A stretch of 64,000 nt of DNA. Origin: Eledone cirrhosa. Taxonomy: Eukaryota. Position 1 is the first letter of the stretch; each line of letters begins with the position of its first letter. The notes beneath the pieces are model-generated. The model was not told the origin of the DNA. It did not search any database and saw nothing but the letters and a program-made list of their open reading frames with translations. Location: positions 26,660,001-26,724,000 of the forward strand of contig OZ024758.1 in NCBI GenBank assembly GCA_964016885.1. Direction: 5' to 3'. Below, piece after piece: positions 12,001-25,086 of the stretch. A program made the position numbers and the translations under genes.

Positions 12001-14945
12001 AGTGAAGCCCTTTAGTATAGGTCAACTGGGAAATTATAACACACATAACCCTATCAGTGTAGCCCTTTAGTATAGGTCAACTGGGAAATTATAACACACA
12101 TAACCCTATCAGTGAAGCCCTTTAGTATAAGTCAACTGGGAAATTATAAAACACATAACACTATCAGTGAAGCCCTTTAGTATAGGTCAACTGGGAAATT
12201 ATAACACACATAACCCTATCAGTGAAGCCCTTTAGTATAGGTCAACTGGGACATTATAACACACATAACCCTATCAGAGAAGCCCTTAAGTATAGGTCAA
12301 CTGGGATATTATAACACACATAACCCTATCAGAGAAGTCCTTTAGTATAGGTCAACTGGGAAATTATAACACACATAACCCTATCAGTGAAGCCCTTTAG
12401 TATAGGTCAACTGGGACATTATAACACACATAACCCTATCAGTGAAGTCCTTTAGTATAGGTCAACTGGGACATTATAACACACATAACCCTATCAGTGA
12501 AGCCCTTTAGTATAGGTCAACTGGGAAATTATAACACACATAACCCTATCAGTGAAGTCCTTTAGTATAGGTCAACTGGGAAATTATAACACACATAACC
12601 CTATCAGAGAAGCCCTTTAGTATAGGTCAACTGGGAAATTATAACACACATAACCCTATCAGAGAAGTCCTTTAGTATAGGTCAACTGGGACATTATAAC
12701 ACACATAACCCTATCAGTGAAGCCCTTTAGTATAGGTCAACTGGGAAATTATAACACACATAACCCTATCAGTGAAGCCCTTTAGTATAGGTCAACTGGG
12801 AAATTATAACACACATAACCCTATCAGTGAAGCTCTTTAGTATAGGTCAACTGGGAAATTATAACACACATAACCCTATCAGTGAAGCCCTTTAGTATAG
12901 GTCAACTGGGAAATTATAACACACATAACCCTATCAGTGAAGCTCTTTAGTATAGGTCAACTGGGAAATTATAACACACATAACCCTATCAGTGAAGCTC
13001 TTTAGTATAGGTCAACTGGGAAATTATAACACACATAACCCTATCAGTGAAGTCCTTTAGTATAGGTCAACTGGGAAATTATAACACACATAACCCTATC
13101 AGTGAAGCTCTTTAGTATAGGTCAACTGGGACATTATAACACACATAACCCTATCAGTGAAGCCCTTTAGTATAGGTCAACTGGGACATTATAACACACA
13201 TAACCCTATCAGTGAAGCCCTTTAGTATAGGTCAACTGGGAAATTATAACACACATAACCCTATCAGTGAAGCCCTTTAGTATAGGTCAACTGGGACATT
13301 ATAACACACATAACCCTATCAGTGAAGCCCTTTAGTATAGGTCAACTGGGAAATTATAACACACATAACCCTATCAGTGAAGCCCTTTAGTATAGGTCAA
13401 CTGGGACATTATAACACACATAACCCTATCAGTGAAGCCCTTTAGTATAGGTCAACTGGGAAATTATAACACACATAACCCTATCAGTGAAGTCCTTTAG
13501 TATAGGTCAACTGGGAAATTATAACACACATAACCCTATCAGTGAAGTCCTTTAGTATAGGTCAACTGGGAAATTATAACACATAACCCTATCAGTGAAG
13601 TCCTTTAGTATAGGTCAACTGGGAAATTATAACACATAACCCTATCAGTGGAGCCCTTTAGTATAGGTCAACTGGGACATTATAACACATATAACCCTAT
13701 CAGAGAAGCCCTTTAGTATAGGTCAACTGGGAAATTATAACACACATAACCCTATCAGTGAAGTCCTTTAGTATAGGTCAACTGGGAAATTATAACACAC
13801 ATAACCCTATCAGAGAAGCCCTTTAGTATAGGTCAACTGGGAAATTATAACACACATAACCCTATCAGAGAAGTCCTTTAGTATAGGTCAACTGGGACAT
13901 TATAACACACATAACCCTATCAGTGAAGCCCTTTAGTATAGGTCAACTGGGACATTATAACACACATAACCCTATCAGTGAAGCCCTTTAGTATAGGTCA
14001 ACTGGGAAATTATAACACACATAACCCTATCAGTGAAGCCCTTTAGTATAGGTCAACTGGGACATTATAACACACATAACCCTATCAGTGAAGCCCTTTA
14101 GTATAGGTCAACTGGGAAATTATAACACACATAACCCTATCAGTGAAGCCCTTTAGTATAGGTCAACTGGGACATTATAACACACATAACCCTATCAGTG
14201 AAGCCCTTTAGTATAGGTCAACTGGGAAATTATAACACACATAACCCTATCAGTGAAGTCCTTTAGTATAGGTCAACTGGGAAATTATAACACACATAAC
14301 CCTATCAGTGAAGTCCTTTAGTATAGGTCAACTGGGAAATTATAACACATAACCCTATCAGTGAAGTCCTTTAGTATAGGTCAACTGGGAAATTATAACA
14401 CATAACCCTATCAGTGGAGCCCTTTAGTATAGGTCAACTGGGACATTATAACACATATAACCCTATCAGAGAAGCCCTTTAGTATAGGTCAACTGGGAAA
14501 TTATAACACACATAACCCTATCAGTGAAGTCCTTTAGTATAGGTCAACTGGGAAATTATAACACACATAACCCTATCAGAGAAGCCCTTTAGTATAGGTC
14601 AACTGGGAAATTATAACACACATAACCCTATCAGTGAAGTCCTTTAGTATAGGTCAACTGGGAAATTATAACACACATAACCCTATCAGTGAAGCCCTTT
14701 AGTATAGGTCAACTGGGAAATTATAACACACATAACCCTATCAGAGAAGCCCTTTAGTATAGGTCAACTGGGAAATTATAACACACATAACCCTATCAGA
14801 GAAGCCCTTTAGTATAGGTCAACTAACAGAAAATTGTATTACGGTTACGGAAAAAATTCTAAATATGCCTACAAGGTAAAAATTAAAGACGGTCATCGCG
14901 GGCCACTCAGACTGGTCTGGCGGGCCGGGTCTGAAACTGTCCCTG
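9047..14945. mobile_element. Possible hAT-like MITE enclosing the 55-bp array
   Basis: Left end cagggttgtgcaac..gcgggcc; right end gcgggcc...gcgggccgg...ccctg; no convincing TSD. Confidence 0.4.
9168..14824. repeat. 55-bp tandem satellite, ~103 copies
   Basis: Unit aactgggaaattataacacacataaccctatcagtgaagccctttagtataggtc; highly homogeneous with recurring variant blocks. Confidence 0.97.
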
Positions 14946-14959
14946 GTTCTACGATACAA

Positions 14960-15266
14960 AGTTGGTACTTTATTTTATCGACCCCAGAAGGATGAAAACC
15001 AAAGTTGTCATTGGCAAGATTTGAACTCAAAACTTTGAAAGTCGTATCTAAATGCAGGTGTAACTCAGCTTTGGTGGATTGGCAGTATCGGTAGAGCGTC
15101 AGACGCCATGTTTTGTAGCATAGAATTACGGCCCTTTACGATCTGAGTTCAAATCCCGCCTTAGCTTTGCCTTTCATCCTTACAGCGTCGATAAAATAAA
15201 GTACCAGTAATCGATTTTCCTCTTCTCTTCAAATTGCTGGCCTTGTGCCTCAAGTAGAAACAATTA
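14960..15266. mobile_element. Two Meta-domain-like SINE copies (minus fragment, then plus copy)
   Basis: Motif ttgcctttcatcctt...gtcgataaaataaagtaccag on both strands. Confidence 0.8.
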
Positions 15267-15648
15267 TTTTTAAAGTTATGGCAGTTTTTCTTAATATTTT
15301 ATGGCAAAAATAAACCTTGTGTTATGTTGACTAAACTTTATATTTGAATACCAATAATATTAAACCATAAAAAAAACGATAACACAAATACAAACATAAA
15401 ATCACATTTAAATAAATGCTGAAATATACAGCATAAAGTAAAGTAAGGAATACTAATTAGTGGTTAATTCGACTTAAGTCTTGATTTCTGGAACCAATTA
15501 ACGACACAGAGTAACCTGAACATCAAAGCATTCTATCCAATATTTTAATGATAGTGCCATTTCCCCCACCCTAAACTCTAACATAATACCGAGAAAGTTA
15601 GTTATATTTTATATTACTAAAAACAGGTGTTAAACAGTGATGATGTTG

Positions 15649-15702
<54 letters not shown>

Positions 15703-15794
15703 TTAATATTGAAATTGCTTCTACAGAACTAGAACTATTTCAAATATATGTGTGTGTGTATATGTATTTATATATACATGTATATATATATATA

Positions 15795-15836
<42 letters not shown>

Positions 15837-15860
15837 TATATGTATATATAGAGAGAGAGA

Positions 15861-17132
15861 TTGGGTTGGTAAGAAAGTAATTTCGTTTTTCGCAAATAGA
15901 TAGAGTTACGAATTTTTTAAATGATTTATCAATGTTATGATTTTCTTTCCTTTTGACATTTGATAGCCGTTACTTTTAGCTTACTTTAGAAGCAAATTGC
16001 GCGTAGTTTTGTTTACAGCTGTTAGTTCAGTCTCAATTTTAACATGGAGTGCAAAAACGGACATTTTCGCCATATTTTGCTTTTTTAATTCCGTAAAGGC
16101 AAGAAAGCTGTTGAGGCTCTCAAAGTGATATGGGAAGTTCATGATGTTGATTGCTTAACAGAGCGCACGTGTCAGGAATGGTTTTTAAAATTCCGTTCTG
16201 GGGATTTTTCACTCAAAGATGACCAACGTTCTGGTCGACCTATTGAAGTTGATGACCGAATCAAAGCTATAATTGAATCTGATTGTCATATAACTGTGCG
16301 AGATTGCAGAGAAGTTCAATGAATCACACACAATTGAAAATCACTTAAAATGTCTTGGACTCATTAAGAAACTCGATATTTGGGTTCCACATAAATTGAA
16401 AGAGATTCACTTAACACAAGGAATCAATATTTGCGATATGCATCTCAAACGCAATGAAATCGACTTTTTTTTTAAACGAATCATCACTGGTGATGAAAAA
16501 TGGATTGTTTACAATAACATCAATCGAAATCGATCATGGTCCAAGCGTAATGAACCATCACAAACCACATCGAAAGCGGAATTGCATCAAATAAAGGTCA
16601 TGCTGTCAATTTGGTGGGATTACAAAGGTGTTGTGTATTTTCAGCTTCTTCCAAGGAACCAAACAATCAGTTCAGATGTTTACTGTCAACAACTAATGAA
16701 ACTGGATGAAGCAATCAAAGAAAAACGGCCAGAATTGGCAAATCGTAAAGGAATCGTGTTCCACCATGGCAACGCTTGACCACACACGTTTTGCTGACTT
16801 GTGGAAATTTATTTGAGCTTGGTTGGGCAGTGATGTCACATCCACCATATAGCCCTGATCTTGCACCATCAGATTACCATTTATTTAGAAGTTTGTAAAA
16901 TTCTTTGAATGGTAAAACTTGCAATAATGATGATGACCTGAAATCACACTTGCTTCAGTTTTGGGTTGATAAGGACCAGAAGTTTTATGAGCGCGGAATC
17001 ATGAAGTTGCCAGAAAGATGGCAAAACGTCATAGAACAAAATGGAAAATATATAATTGATTAAAGTTCATTCTTTGTATGAAAAAAAAAAAATGACTTTT
17101 ATTTTCACACTAAAAAACCGAAAGTACTTTCC
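15861..17132 (+). mobile_element. Mariner DNA transposon, decayed (mellifera-like subfamily by recalled similarity)
   Basis: Left TIR ttgggttggtaagaaagtaatttcgttttt; partial right TIR aaaaaaccgaaagtactttcc; ~1.27 kb long. Confidence 0.93.
16044..17063 (+). pseudogene. Mariner transposase pseudogene
   Basis: Motifs HFRHILLF, WF.KFRSGDFSL, RSGRP, WVPHKL, ITGDEKWI, FHHGNA (second catalytic D changed to G) and HPPYSPDLAPSDYHLF; stops and frameshifts. Confidence 0.93.
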
Positions 17133-17427
17133 TGGTGATTTCTTTCGAATGAAACACTTCTAGTCCTGTAGAAGCCATTTCTATATTAAATTTATATATA
17201 TATATATATAATTGGTGTTGGTTGCTTAAAGAGTCCGTATGCGGTAGGCCGTATGAGCACTCGATGCTCTCATAGAGCAGAGTATGATATCATAGAAGAA
17301 AAAGAGAATCAGTGTTGCGACGAATGGAATTTATTGTACATATTACAACCGTTTCTCTGGCGACCAGCTTAGAGTCAGGTTCGATCATCACATCGATCGT
17401 CAGAGAAACGATTGTTATATATATATA

Positions 17428-17814
17428 AATAAAAGGAATTCCAACTTTGTCTGATTTACTCGTTTTATTTACAATCCTTTAAAATTTATAATGGTATTAG
17501 AATGAAATAGTATGGTAGAATATTAAATGTTAAGTATTAATTGAGCAAGTACTTTCATGCTTTCGCAATCTTCAGGTTCATAATGTCATAATGTGTGGTG
17601 ACAGTCAAGTTTGCAATTTTCAACTGTTGAAAATTGCAAACTTGACTGTCACCACACATTATGAACCTGAAGATTGCGAAAGCATGAAAGTACTTGTTCA
17701 ATTAACACTTAACATTTAATATTCTACCATGCTATTTCATTCTAATACCATTATAAATTTTAAAGGATTGTAAATAAAACTAGTAAATCAGACAAAGTTG
17801 GAATTCCTTTTATT
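17428..17814. mobile_element. Family E: ~190-bp-arm palindrome carrying a hammerhead in each arm
   Basis: Arms 17428-17624 / 17626-17814 with a 1-nt loop; a few substitutions and one 8-9-bp duplication; (TA)n on the left. Confidence 0.8.
17662..17700 (+). ncRNA. Minimal type I hammerhead ribozyme (family E)
   Basis: TGAAC-CTGAAGA-tTGC-gaaa-GCAt-GAAA-GTAC-TT-GTTCA: 5-bp stem I, GNRA-capped stem II, palindromic GTAC loop. Confidence 0.72.
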
Positions 17815-18177
17815 AATATAATCTTCTATACACAATCATACACACCCGTGTATATTTATCTCTCTCTCTCTCTATATATAAATATAAATTAGCGAGAATC
17901 GTATTTCGGCTTAGGAATTAACGAAAAACAACTTCCGAGATATGTGGCAAGCGCTCAATGATTCAGATGAACCAGAGCTACACCATGCGTTAAAGGCCAA
18001 ATACACTGAGACGATGGTTAAACAATCATCCGCACAGCCATAAAAACGACCAAGTAATTCGGGTCAAACAAATAAAAATATATGTGATTGAAAATTTACC
18101 TGGACCCCTGGATGGTTGGTAAAATCCAGCATTTGGGTTTCTGCGACTCCTAAATCAAGTACTGTCCGCTTACACAA

Positions 18178-18360
18178 ATAATTGTTTCTACTTTAGGCAC
18201 AAGGCCAGCAATTACCCAGTGCATTACTGGTACTTTATTTTATCGACCCCGTAAGGATGAAAGGCAAAGTCAACCTCGGCGGGATTTGAACTCAGATCGT
18301 AAAGGGACGTAACTATGCTGGAAAGCATGGCGTCCGACCCTCTACCGATACTGCCAATCC
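18178..18360 (-). mobile_element. Meta-domain-like SINE with 19-bp TSD
   Basis: Flanking direct repeat gtccgcttacacaaataat at 18164-18182 and 18361-18379. Confidence 0.88.
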
Positions 18361-18511
18361 GTCCGCTTACACAAATAATGTTAGGCTTCTGGTAAGATGA
18401 TTGAACAAGGAAGTCACTTTTTCAACAGGTTTTAGTTCGAGTGCTAATTTAAGGAATGACCGTTACCGACCCCACGTGGGGCTCGGCAAGGGAGGCAACC
18501 CTTATTTTAGG

Positions 18512-18557
<46 letters not shown>

Positions 18558-18723
18558 AGTAACACAACAGTTAGTTCACCATACCGAGAACAATTGCTTC
18601 ATCTTAAGCGGGTCTTATATATATATATATTCTCATTTGATTTTCTATATTAAATATTTATACTCTGCTATGTATCGAGTACCTTACTTACTGTGGTTAT
18701 CCCCGATTGAACCCGAGATAAAA

Positions 18724-18876
<153 letters not shown>

Positions 18877-19249
18877 GCCTTATAAATTATCAAAGTGATG
18901 GGCAATTTAAAATGTTGAAATACGTGGGAAATCCCAAATCAAATCAAATCCAATTTTTTTTTTTTTTTTCATTTATTTTCAAAATTATTTGAAAACCATA
19001 GACAGTTTCTTTCATTGGATATATAGTAATGGAAGGGTTAAGTTCTTGAAAACCTTTTCAATCACTCAGCAATGTTTTGTTGCTTTTGTCATTGTGATTA
19101 TCACTGCTGTTGTATATCATTGTGTTTTGTTTTAGTTTGTGTCATCTCTTATCAAGCTATCCATTATGTCTGCTCAGTCTGCCTTGAACACTATCAGCTG
19201 AAGAATATATCTGTTAAATGAATTGTTTAGCCAATGGATGTTTATGTTC

Positions 19250-20237
19250 TGCAGTAGCTGTGGTGGTGGAGGCGGAGGTAGTATTGGTGGTGGTGGTGGT
19301 GGTGTACTGGTGTGGTGACAGTAGTAGTATTGGTGGTGGTGGTGGTGGTGATAGTGGTGATGATGATGGAGGTAGTGGTGGTGGTGGTGGTGGTGATGAT
19401 GATGGAGGTAGTAGTGGTGGTGGTGTACTGGTGTGGTGACTAGTAGTAGTATTAGTAGCTGTGGTGGGGGGATGGTAGTAGTGGTGGTTTGGTGATGATG
19501 ATGATGGGGCGAAGGTAGTGGTGATGATTGGGGTAGTATTGATGGTGGATGTGGTGGGGGTACTGGAGTGGCGACAGTAGTAGTAGTAGTAGTAACTGTG
19601 TTGGTGGTAGTGATGGTTGTTGTGATAGTAGTAGTAGCTGTGGTGGTGATAGAGATAGTAGTAGTAGTAGTAGTAGTAGTAGTAGCAGTGGTGGTGGGGA
19701 TAAGGGTAGTGGTTGTGGTAATAGTAGTATTAATAGTAGTAGCAGTGATGGTGATGAGGGTAGTGGCTATTGTGGTAGTGGTGATAGTGTTGTTGGTGGT
19801 GGTAATAGTAGTAGTAGTAGTAGCAGTAGTGGTAGTAGTATTGTTGGTGGTAGAGGTAATGATGATGTAGTCGCAGTGGTTATGGTGGTGGTGGTAGTAG
19901 CAGCAACAGCAGTAGTAGTAGTAGCAGCAGCAGTAGTAGCAACAGCAGCAGTAGTAGTAGTAGTAGTAACAACAGTAGTAGCAGTAGTAGTAGCAACAGC
20001 AGCAGTAGTAGCAGCAGCAACAGCAGTAGTAGTAGTAGCAACAGTAGCAGCAGTAGTAGTAGTAGCAGGAGTAGTAGTAACAGCAGCAGCAGTAGTAGCA
20101 ACAGCAGTAGTAGTAGTAGCAACAGCAGTAGCAGTAGTAGTAGTAGTAGCAACAGTAGCAGCAGTAGTAGTAGTAGCAGGAGTAGTAGCAACAGCAGCAG
20201 CAGTAGTAGCAGCAGCAGCAGCAGTAGCAGCAGCAGC
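19250..20237. repeat. Compound GTG/GTA/GCA trinucleotide low-complexity tract
   Basis: Direct inspection; produces poly-V/A/S/L ORFs. Confidence 0.92.
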
Positions 20238-20444
20238 CTTGACAATGTTAATAATGGTAGTGTTAGTTTATGACCAAACTATGGGAGACGCTGTCAAGTT
20301 TAAGGACCAGAAGTCAGAACCAAGATGGACGCCGTTGTTTTTCTTCTCTTTTCCATTCCTTTATTTTATTCTATTTGTTCCCAGAACGTTTGCAATATTT
20401 CGTGGCTGCAAGGTATAATCTAAGTCAAACTCTGGACATCACCT

Positions 20445-20445
<1 letters not shown>

Positions 20446-20500
<55 letters not shown>

Positions 20501-21083
20501 CTCTCTCTCTCTCTCTTTCTGTATCTCTCTCTCTCTCACCCTCTTTCTTTCTGTATATCTCTCTCTCTCTCACCCTCTTTCTTTCTGTATCTCTCTCTCT
20601 CACCCTCTTTTTTAAATATCTCTCTCTCACCCTCTTTCTTTCTGTATCTCTCTATCTCTCTCTTTATCTCTCTCTCTATCTCTATCTCATCCTTTTTCTT
20701 TCTGTATCTCTCTCTCACCCTCTTTCTTTCTGTATCTCTCGCTCACCCTCTTTCTTTCTGTAGCTCTCTTTCTCCCCCCCCCCTTCTCACTCTCTCTATC
20801 TATCTATTTCTCTCTCTCTTTATCTCTCTCTCACCCTCTTTCTTTCTGTATACCTCTCTTTATCTCTCTCTCACCCTCTTTCTTTCTGTATCTCTCTCTC
20901 ACCCTCTTTCTTTCTGTATACCTCTCTTTATCTCTCTATCTCACCCTTTTTCTTTCTGTATCTCTCTCTCACCCTCTTTCTTTCTGTATCTCTCTTTCTC
21001 TCTCTCTCTCTCTCCCTCCCTCTCTCTCTCCCTCCCTCTCTCTCTCCCTCCCTCTCTCTCCCCCCCCTCTCTCTCTCTCTCTC
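20446..21083. repeat. CT-rich polypyrimidine tract with degenerate ~26-bp unit
   Basis: Repeated caccctctttctttctgtatctctct. Confidence 0.9.
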
Positions 21084-21579
21084 TGGATCTTCCACCCTGG
21101 ACCTTAACCCCCCCTCTCTATGGACCCTGGGTGGGTTAGTTTGACCAATGTAGTTTCTGTTTTGTCTTTTTTATGTTTTATATGTGATGTGTGTGTTGTG
21201 TATGATGTATATATATATATGTATGTGTATATGATGTGTGTGTGATATGTATATATATGTATGTGTATAAGATGTGTGTGTATATGATATATGTATATAT
21301 ATATATATATATATGTGTGTGTATGTGATGTGTGGTCATGGCATTGTATTGCTTATAATTAACAATGTCAATTTACAAGCTTCTGGACTGTGTCACTGCA
21401 GAAGTGTGCACGTGTTTGTGTGTGTGTACGTGTTTGTATGTGTGTGCACGAGTTTGTGTGTACGTGTTTGTGTGTGTACGTGTTTGTATGTCTTTGTGTG
21501 TGTGTGTGTGTGTGTGTTCACGTGTGTGTTTGTTGGAGGGATTTGTGTGTCTATTGTTCCGTGCAAATGTTATTATAGA

Positions 21580-22180
21580 TGGTGGCGATGGGTATGGTGG
21601 TGGTGATGATGATGATAATGGTGGCGGTGGTGATATAGATAATGGTGATGGCGGTGGTGGTGATAGTGGTGGTGGTGGTGTTGGCGGTGATAGTGATGAT
21701 GGTGGTGATGGTGGTGGTGATGTTTGTGGTGGTGTTATTGGCGGTGGTGGTGTTGGCGGTGATAGTGATGATGGTGGTGGTGGTGGTAGTTGTGGTTGTG
21801 GTGGTGGTAGTGGTGGTGTTATTGGCGGTGGTGATGTTTGTGGTTGTGATAGTGATGATGATGGTGGTGGTGGTGGTGGTGGTGGTGGTGGCGGTGGTGA
21901 TGTTTGTGGTTGTGATAGTGATGATGGTGGTGGTGTTATTGGCGGTGGTGATGTTTGTGGTTGTGATAGTGATGATGGTGATGATGATGATGATGGTGGT
22001 GGTGTTTGTGGTTCTGATAGTGATGGTGGTGGTGGTGGTGGTGGTAGTGATGATGGTGGTGGTGGTGGTGGGGGTGGTGGTAATGGTGGTGTTATTGGCA
22101 GTGGTGATGGTTGTGATAGTGATGATGATGGTGGTGGTGGTGGTGGTCTTATTGGTGGTTATGGTGTTGATGCTGATGAT
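21580..22180. repeat. GGT/GAT trinucleotide low-complexity tract
   Basis: Direct inspection. Confidence 0.9.
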
Positions 22181-22282
22181 GACACTGCACTGTTCACAGA
22201 TATCAATGTCTCCTGTATATCACTGGGGCGTGGTGGGAGAGGAGGGGGTGTAGTTGCGGTTGCTGGTGTTTTATATACATAT

Positions 22283-22687
22283 ATAGGAAAGTGTTTAACC
22301 CCGACGGCAGAGCTCAAGCCGTTTCGACGGCTAAAAATTCGAATTTAGTCCAGAAATAGCCGTCGAAATGGCTTGAGCTCTGCCGTCGGGGTCTAACATT
22401 TTCCTATTACCCACTCTACTACCCTAAGTACTCTGGTGCGTTATGGTCCATCTGGTTTCTTACCACACCTCCTTCGTTATATATATAACGAAGGAAATGT
22501 GGTAAGGAACCAGATGGACCATAACGCACCAGAGTACTCAATACTTAGGGTAGTAGAGTGGGAAATAGGAGAAAGTATGACCCCGACGGCAGAGCTCAAG
22601 CCGTTTCAACGACTATTTCTGGACTGAGTCCAGAATTAGCCGTCGAAATGGCTTGAGCTCAGCCGTCGGGGTCCTACTCGTTCCTAT
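22283..22687. mobile_element. Family G: four-arm quasi-palindrome of pLTR-like units around a (TA)n axis
   Basis: Arms 22283-22333 (-), 22347-22482 (+), 22483-22625 (-), 22627-22687 (+); each has GAAA(C/T)GGC-ttgagctc-GCCGTC, resembling the 3' half of a hammerhead. Confidence 0.7.
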
Positions 22688-22689
22688 AT

Positions 22690-22762
22690 ATGTATATATG
22701 TATGTATGTATGTAAGTATATGCAATTGCAGAAGTGTGCGTGTGTATGTGTTATGTATATTT

Positions 22763-22794
<32 letters not shown>

Positions 22795-22840
22795 ATGTGT
22801 GTGTCTATATATATATATGTGTGTATAATATATATATATT

Positions 22841-22889
<49 letters not shown>

Positions 22890-23096
22890 CTATATATGTG
22901 TGTATATGTATATATATTTATGTGTGTATATATATGTATGTGTGTGTGTGTCTATATATATATATGTGTGTATATGTATATATATTTATGTGTGTATATA
23001 TATATATATGTGTGTGTATATATATATGTGTGTGTGTGTATATATGTGTGTGTGTGCGTGTCTATATATATATGTGTATGTATATATTTATGTGGG

Positions 23097-23131
<35 letters not shown>

Positions 23132-23341
23132 ATATCTATATATGTAGCTATCTATATGTGTGTGTGTATATATATATATATGTGTGTGTATGTGTATATA
23201 TCTATATATGTAGCTATATATATGTGTGTGTGTGTGTGTATATATATGTGTGTATGTGTATATATCTATATATGTAGCTATCTATATGTGTGTGTGTCTA
23301 TATATATATATGTGTGTATGTGTATATATCTATATATGTAG

Positions 23342-23373
<32 letters not shown>

Positions 23374-23670
23374 ATATATGTGTGTATGTGTATATATCTA
23401 TATATGTAGCTATATATATATATGTGTGTGTGTGTATATATATATGTGTGTGTATGTGTATATATCTATATATGTAGCTATATATATGTGTGTGTATGTG
23501 TATATATCTATATATGTAGCTATATATATATATATGTGTGTATGTGTATATATCTATATATGTAGCTATATATATATATGTGTGTGTGTGTATATATCTA
23601 TATATGTAGCTATATATATATATGTGTGTGTGTGTATGTGTATATATCTATATGTAGCTATCTATATGTA
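22690..23670. repeat. TA/TG compound microsatellite with repeated tctatatatgtagcta core
   Basis: Direct inspection. Confidence 0.92.
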
Positions 23671-23993
23671 TGATCAATAAGGAGGGGGGCAGCCATCATG
23701 TATATATTCCCTGTATAAGTTGATTGTCTGTGTGTCTCTATGAATATGTTTGTGGGTGCTGGTTGCTCGGGGGGGGGGGGGGGTGTTGATGATGATGGTA
23801 GTGGTCGGGGGGGGGGGGCAAATACTGTCCCTTTTCTCTCTAGATTCAGCCCCTCCTATCATATCCTCTGGTTTATTTAACCTTCTGCTGCTTTTATTGT
23901 TTAAAGTCCCCTTCTCTTGCCCAACAGCGACATCAGATACTTATGAAACACATGCGGAAATTCCCAGAATCTGGAGTCCATGTTTCGCTGGCT

Positions 23994-23994
<1 letters not shown>

Positions 23995-24036
<42 letters not shown>

Positions 24037-24265
24037 ACACACACACCGTCGCCACTCCCTCGGCCTCAACCGCCGCTCTCTTCCCGCCGACCACACCGCC
24101 GCCGATTCCCTCCACTTCACCGCCGCCCCTTCCCACCACACCGACTCAACCGCCGCTTCACCCATCCCCTCCGCCTCGCCCATCCCCTACCCCTCCGCCT
24201 CGCCCATCCCCTACCTCTCCGCCTCGCCCATCCCCTACCCCTCCGCCTCGCCCATCCCCTACCCT
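23995..24265. repeat. Poly-C run, C-rich tract and 4 x 24-bp unit ccctccgcctcgcccatcccctac
   Basis: Direct inspection. Confidence 0.85.
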
Positions 24266-24409
24266 CTTTTGGTTTGTTTATTTATTGTAATGGGAATTTT
24301 GTTAAGTTGTCCAGCAAGGCTTTAATTAACATACTGTATATCCAATTGTTGGACTGAATGGATGAGCAAGCAGCTCATTCATTGCAAATCCTTTCTTTAA
24401 AGCAATATA

Positions 24410-25086
24410 ATAATTGTTTCTGATTTAGGCAAAAGGCCAGCAATTTTGAAGGTAAGGGGGAGGGGAAGTCGATTAAATCCACCGCAGTGCATTACTGGTA
24501 CTTTATTTTATCGACCCTGTAAGGATGAAAGGCAAAGCTAACTTCGGCGGGATTTGAACTCTGAATGTAGAAGGCCATAACTCTATGCTGCAAAGCATGG
24601 GTCTGACGTTCTGGCCTTTCTTTAAAACAATATAATTGTTTCTACTTTAGGCAAAAGGCCAGCAATTTTGAAGGGAAGAGGAGAGGAAAGTCGATTAAAT
24701 CGACCCCAGTGCATTACTGGTTCTTTATTTCATCCAACCCTGTAAGGATGAAAGGCAAAGCTAACCTTAACGAGATTTGAACTCGGAACTTAAAGGGCCA
24801 TAACTCTATGCTGCAAAGCTTGGGTTTGACGCTCTACCGATACTGCCAATCCACCGCTTTAAAACAATAATTGTTTCTATTTGAGGCACAGGCCAGCAAT
24901 TTGAAGGGAAAGTCGATTAAATCGACCCAGTGCATTACTGGTACTTTATTTTATCGACCTTGTAAGGATGAAAGGCAGATAAAGTTAACATCGGCGAGAT
25001 TTGAAACTCAGAACGCAAAGGGCCATAACTCTATGCTACAAAACATGGTGCCTGACGCTCTACCGATTACTGCCAATCCACTGCTT
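24410..25086 (-). mobile_element. Three head-to-tail Meta-domain-like SINEs
   Basis: Three repeats of aggccagcaatt...ctggtactttattttatcgacc...aaggatgaaaggcaaag...gatttgaactc. Confidence 0.85.

Noticed and set aside
9168-14824. CRISPR array or telomeric repeat
   Set aside because: Contiguous units with no unique spacers; only one TAACCC per unit; eukaryotic context.
20385-20412. Plus-strand 28-nt microexon after a polypyrimidine tract
   Set aside because: Weak donor (gtataa) and no recognisable peptide; cannot be supported.
19218-22348. Gly/Ser/Val-rich structural protein genes
   Set aside because: Trinucleotide low-complexity sequence open in several frames, with no splice or signal peptide support.
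23941-24357. Proline-rich or formin-like CDS
   Set aside because: Poly-C run of uncertain length plus 24-bp repeats; open in all frames.
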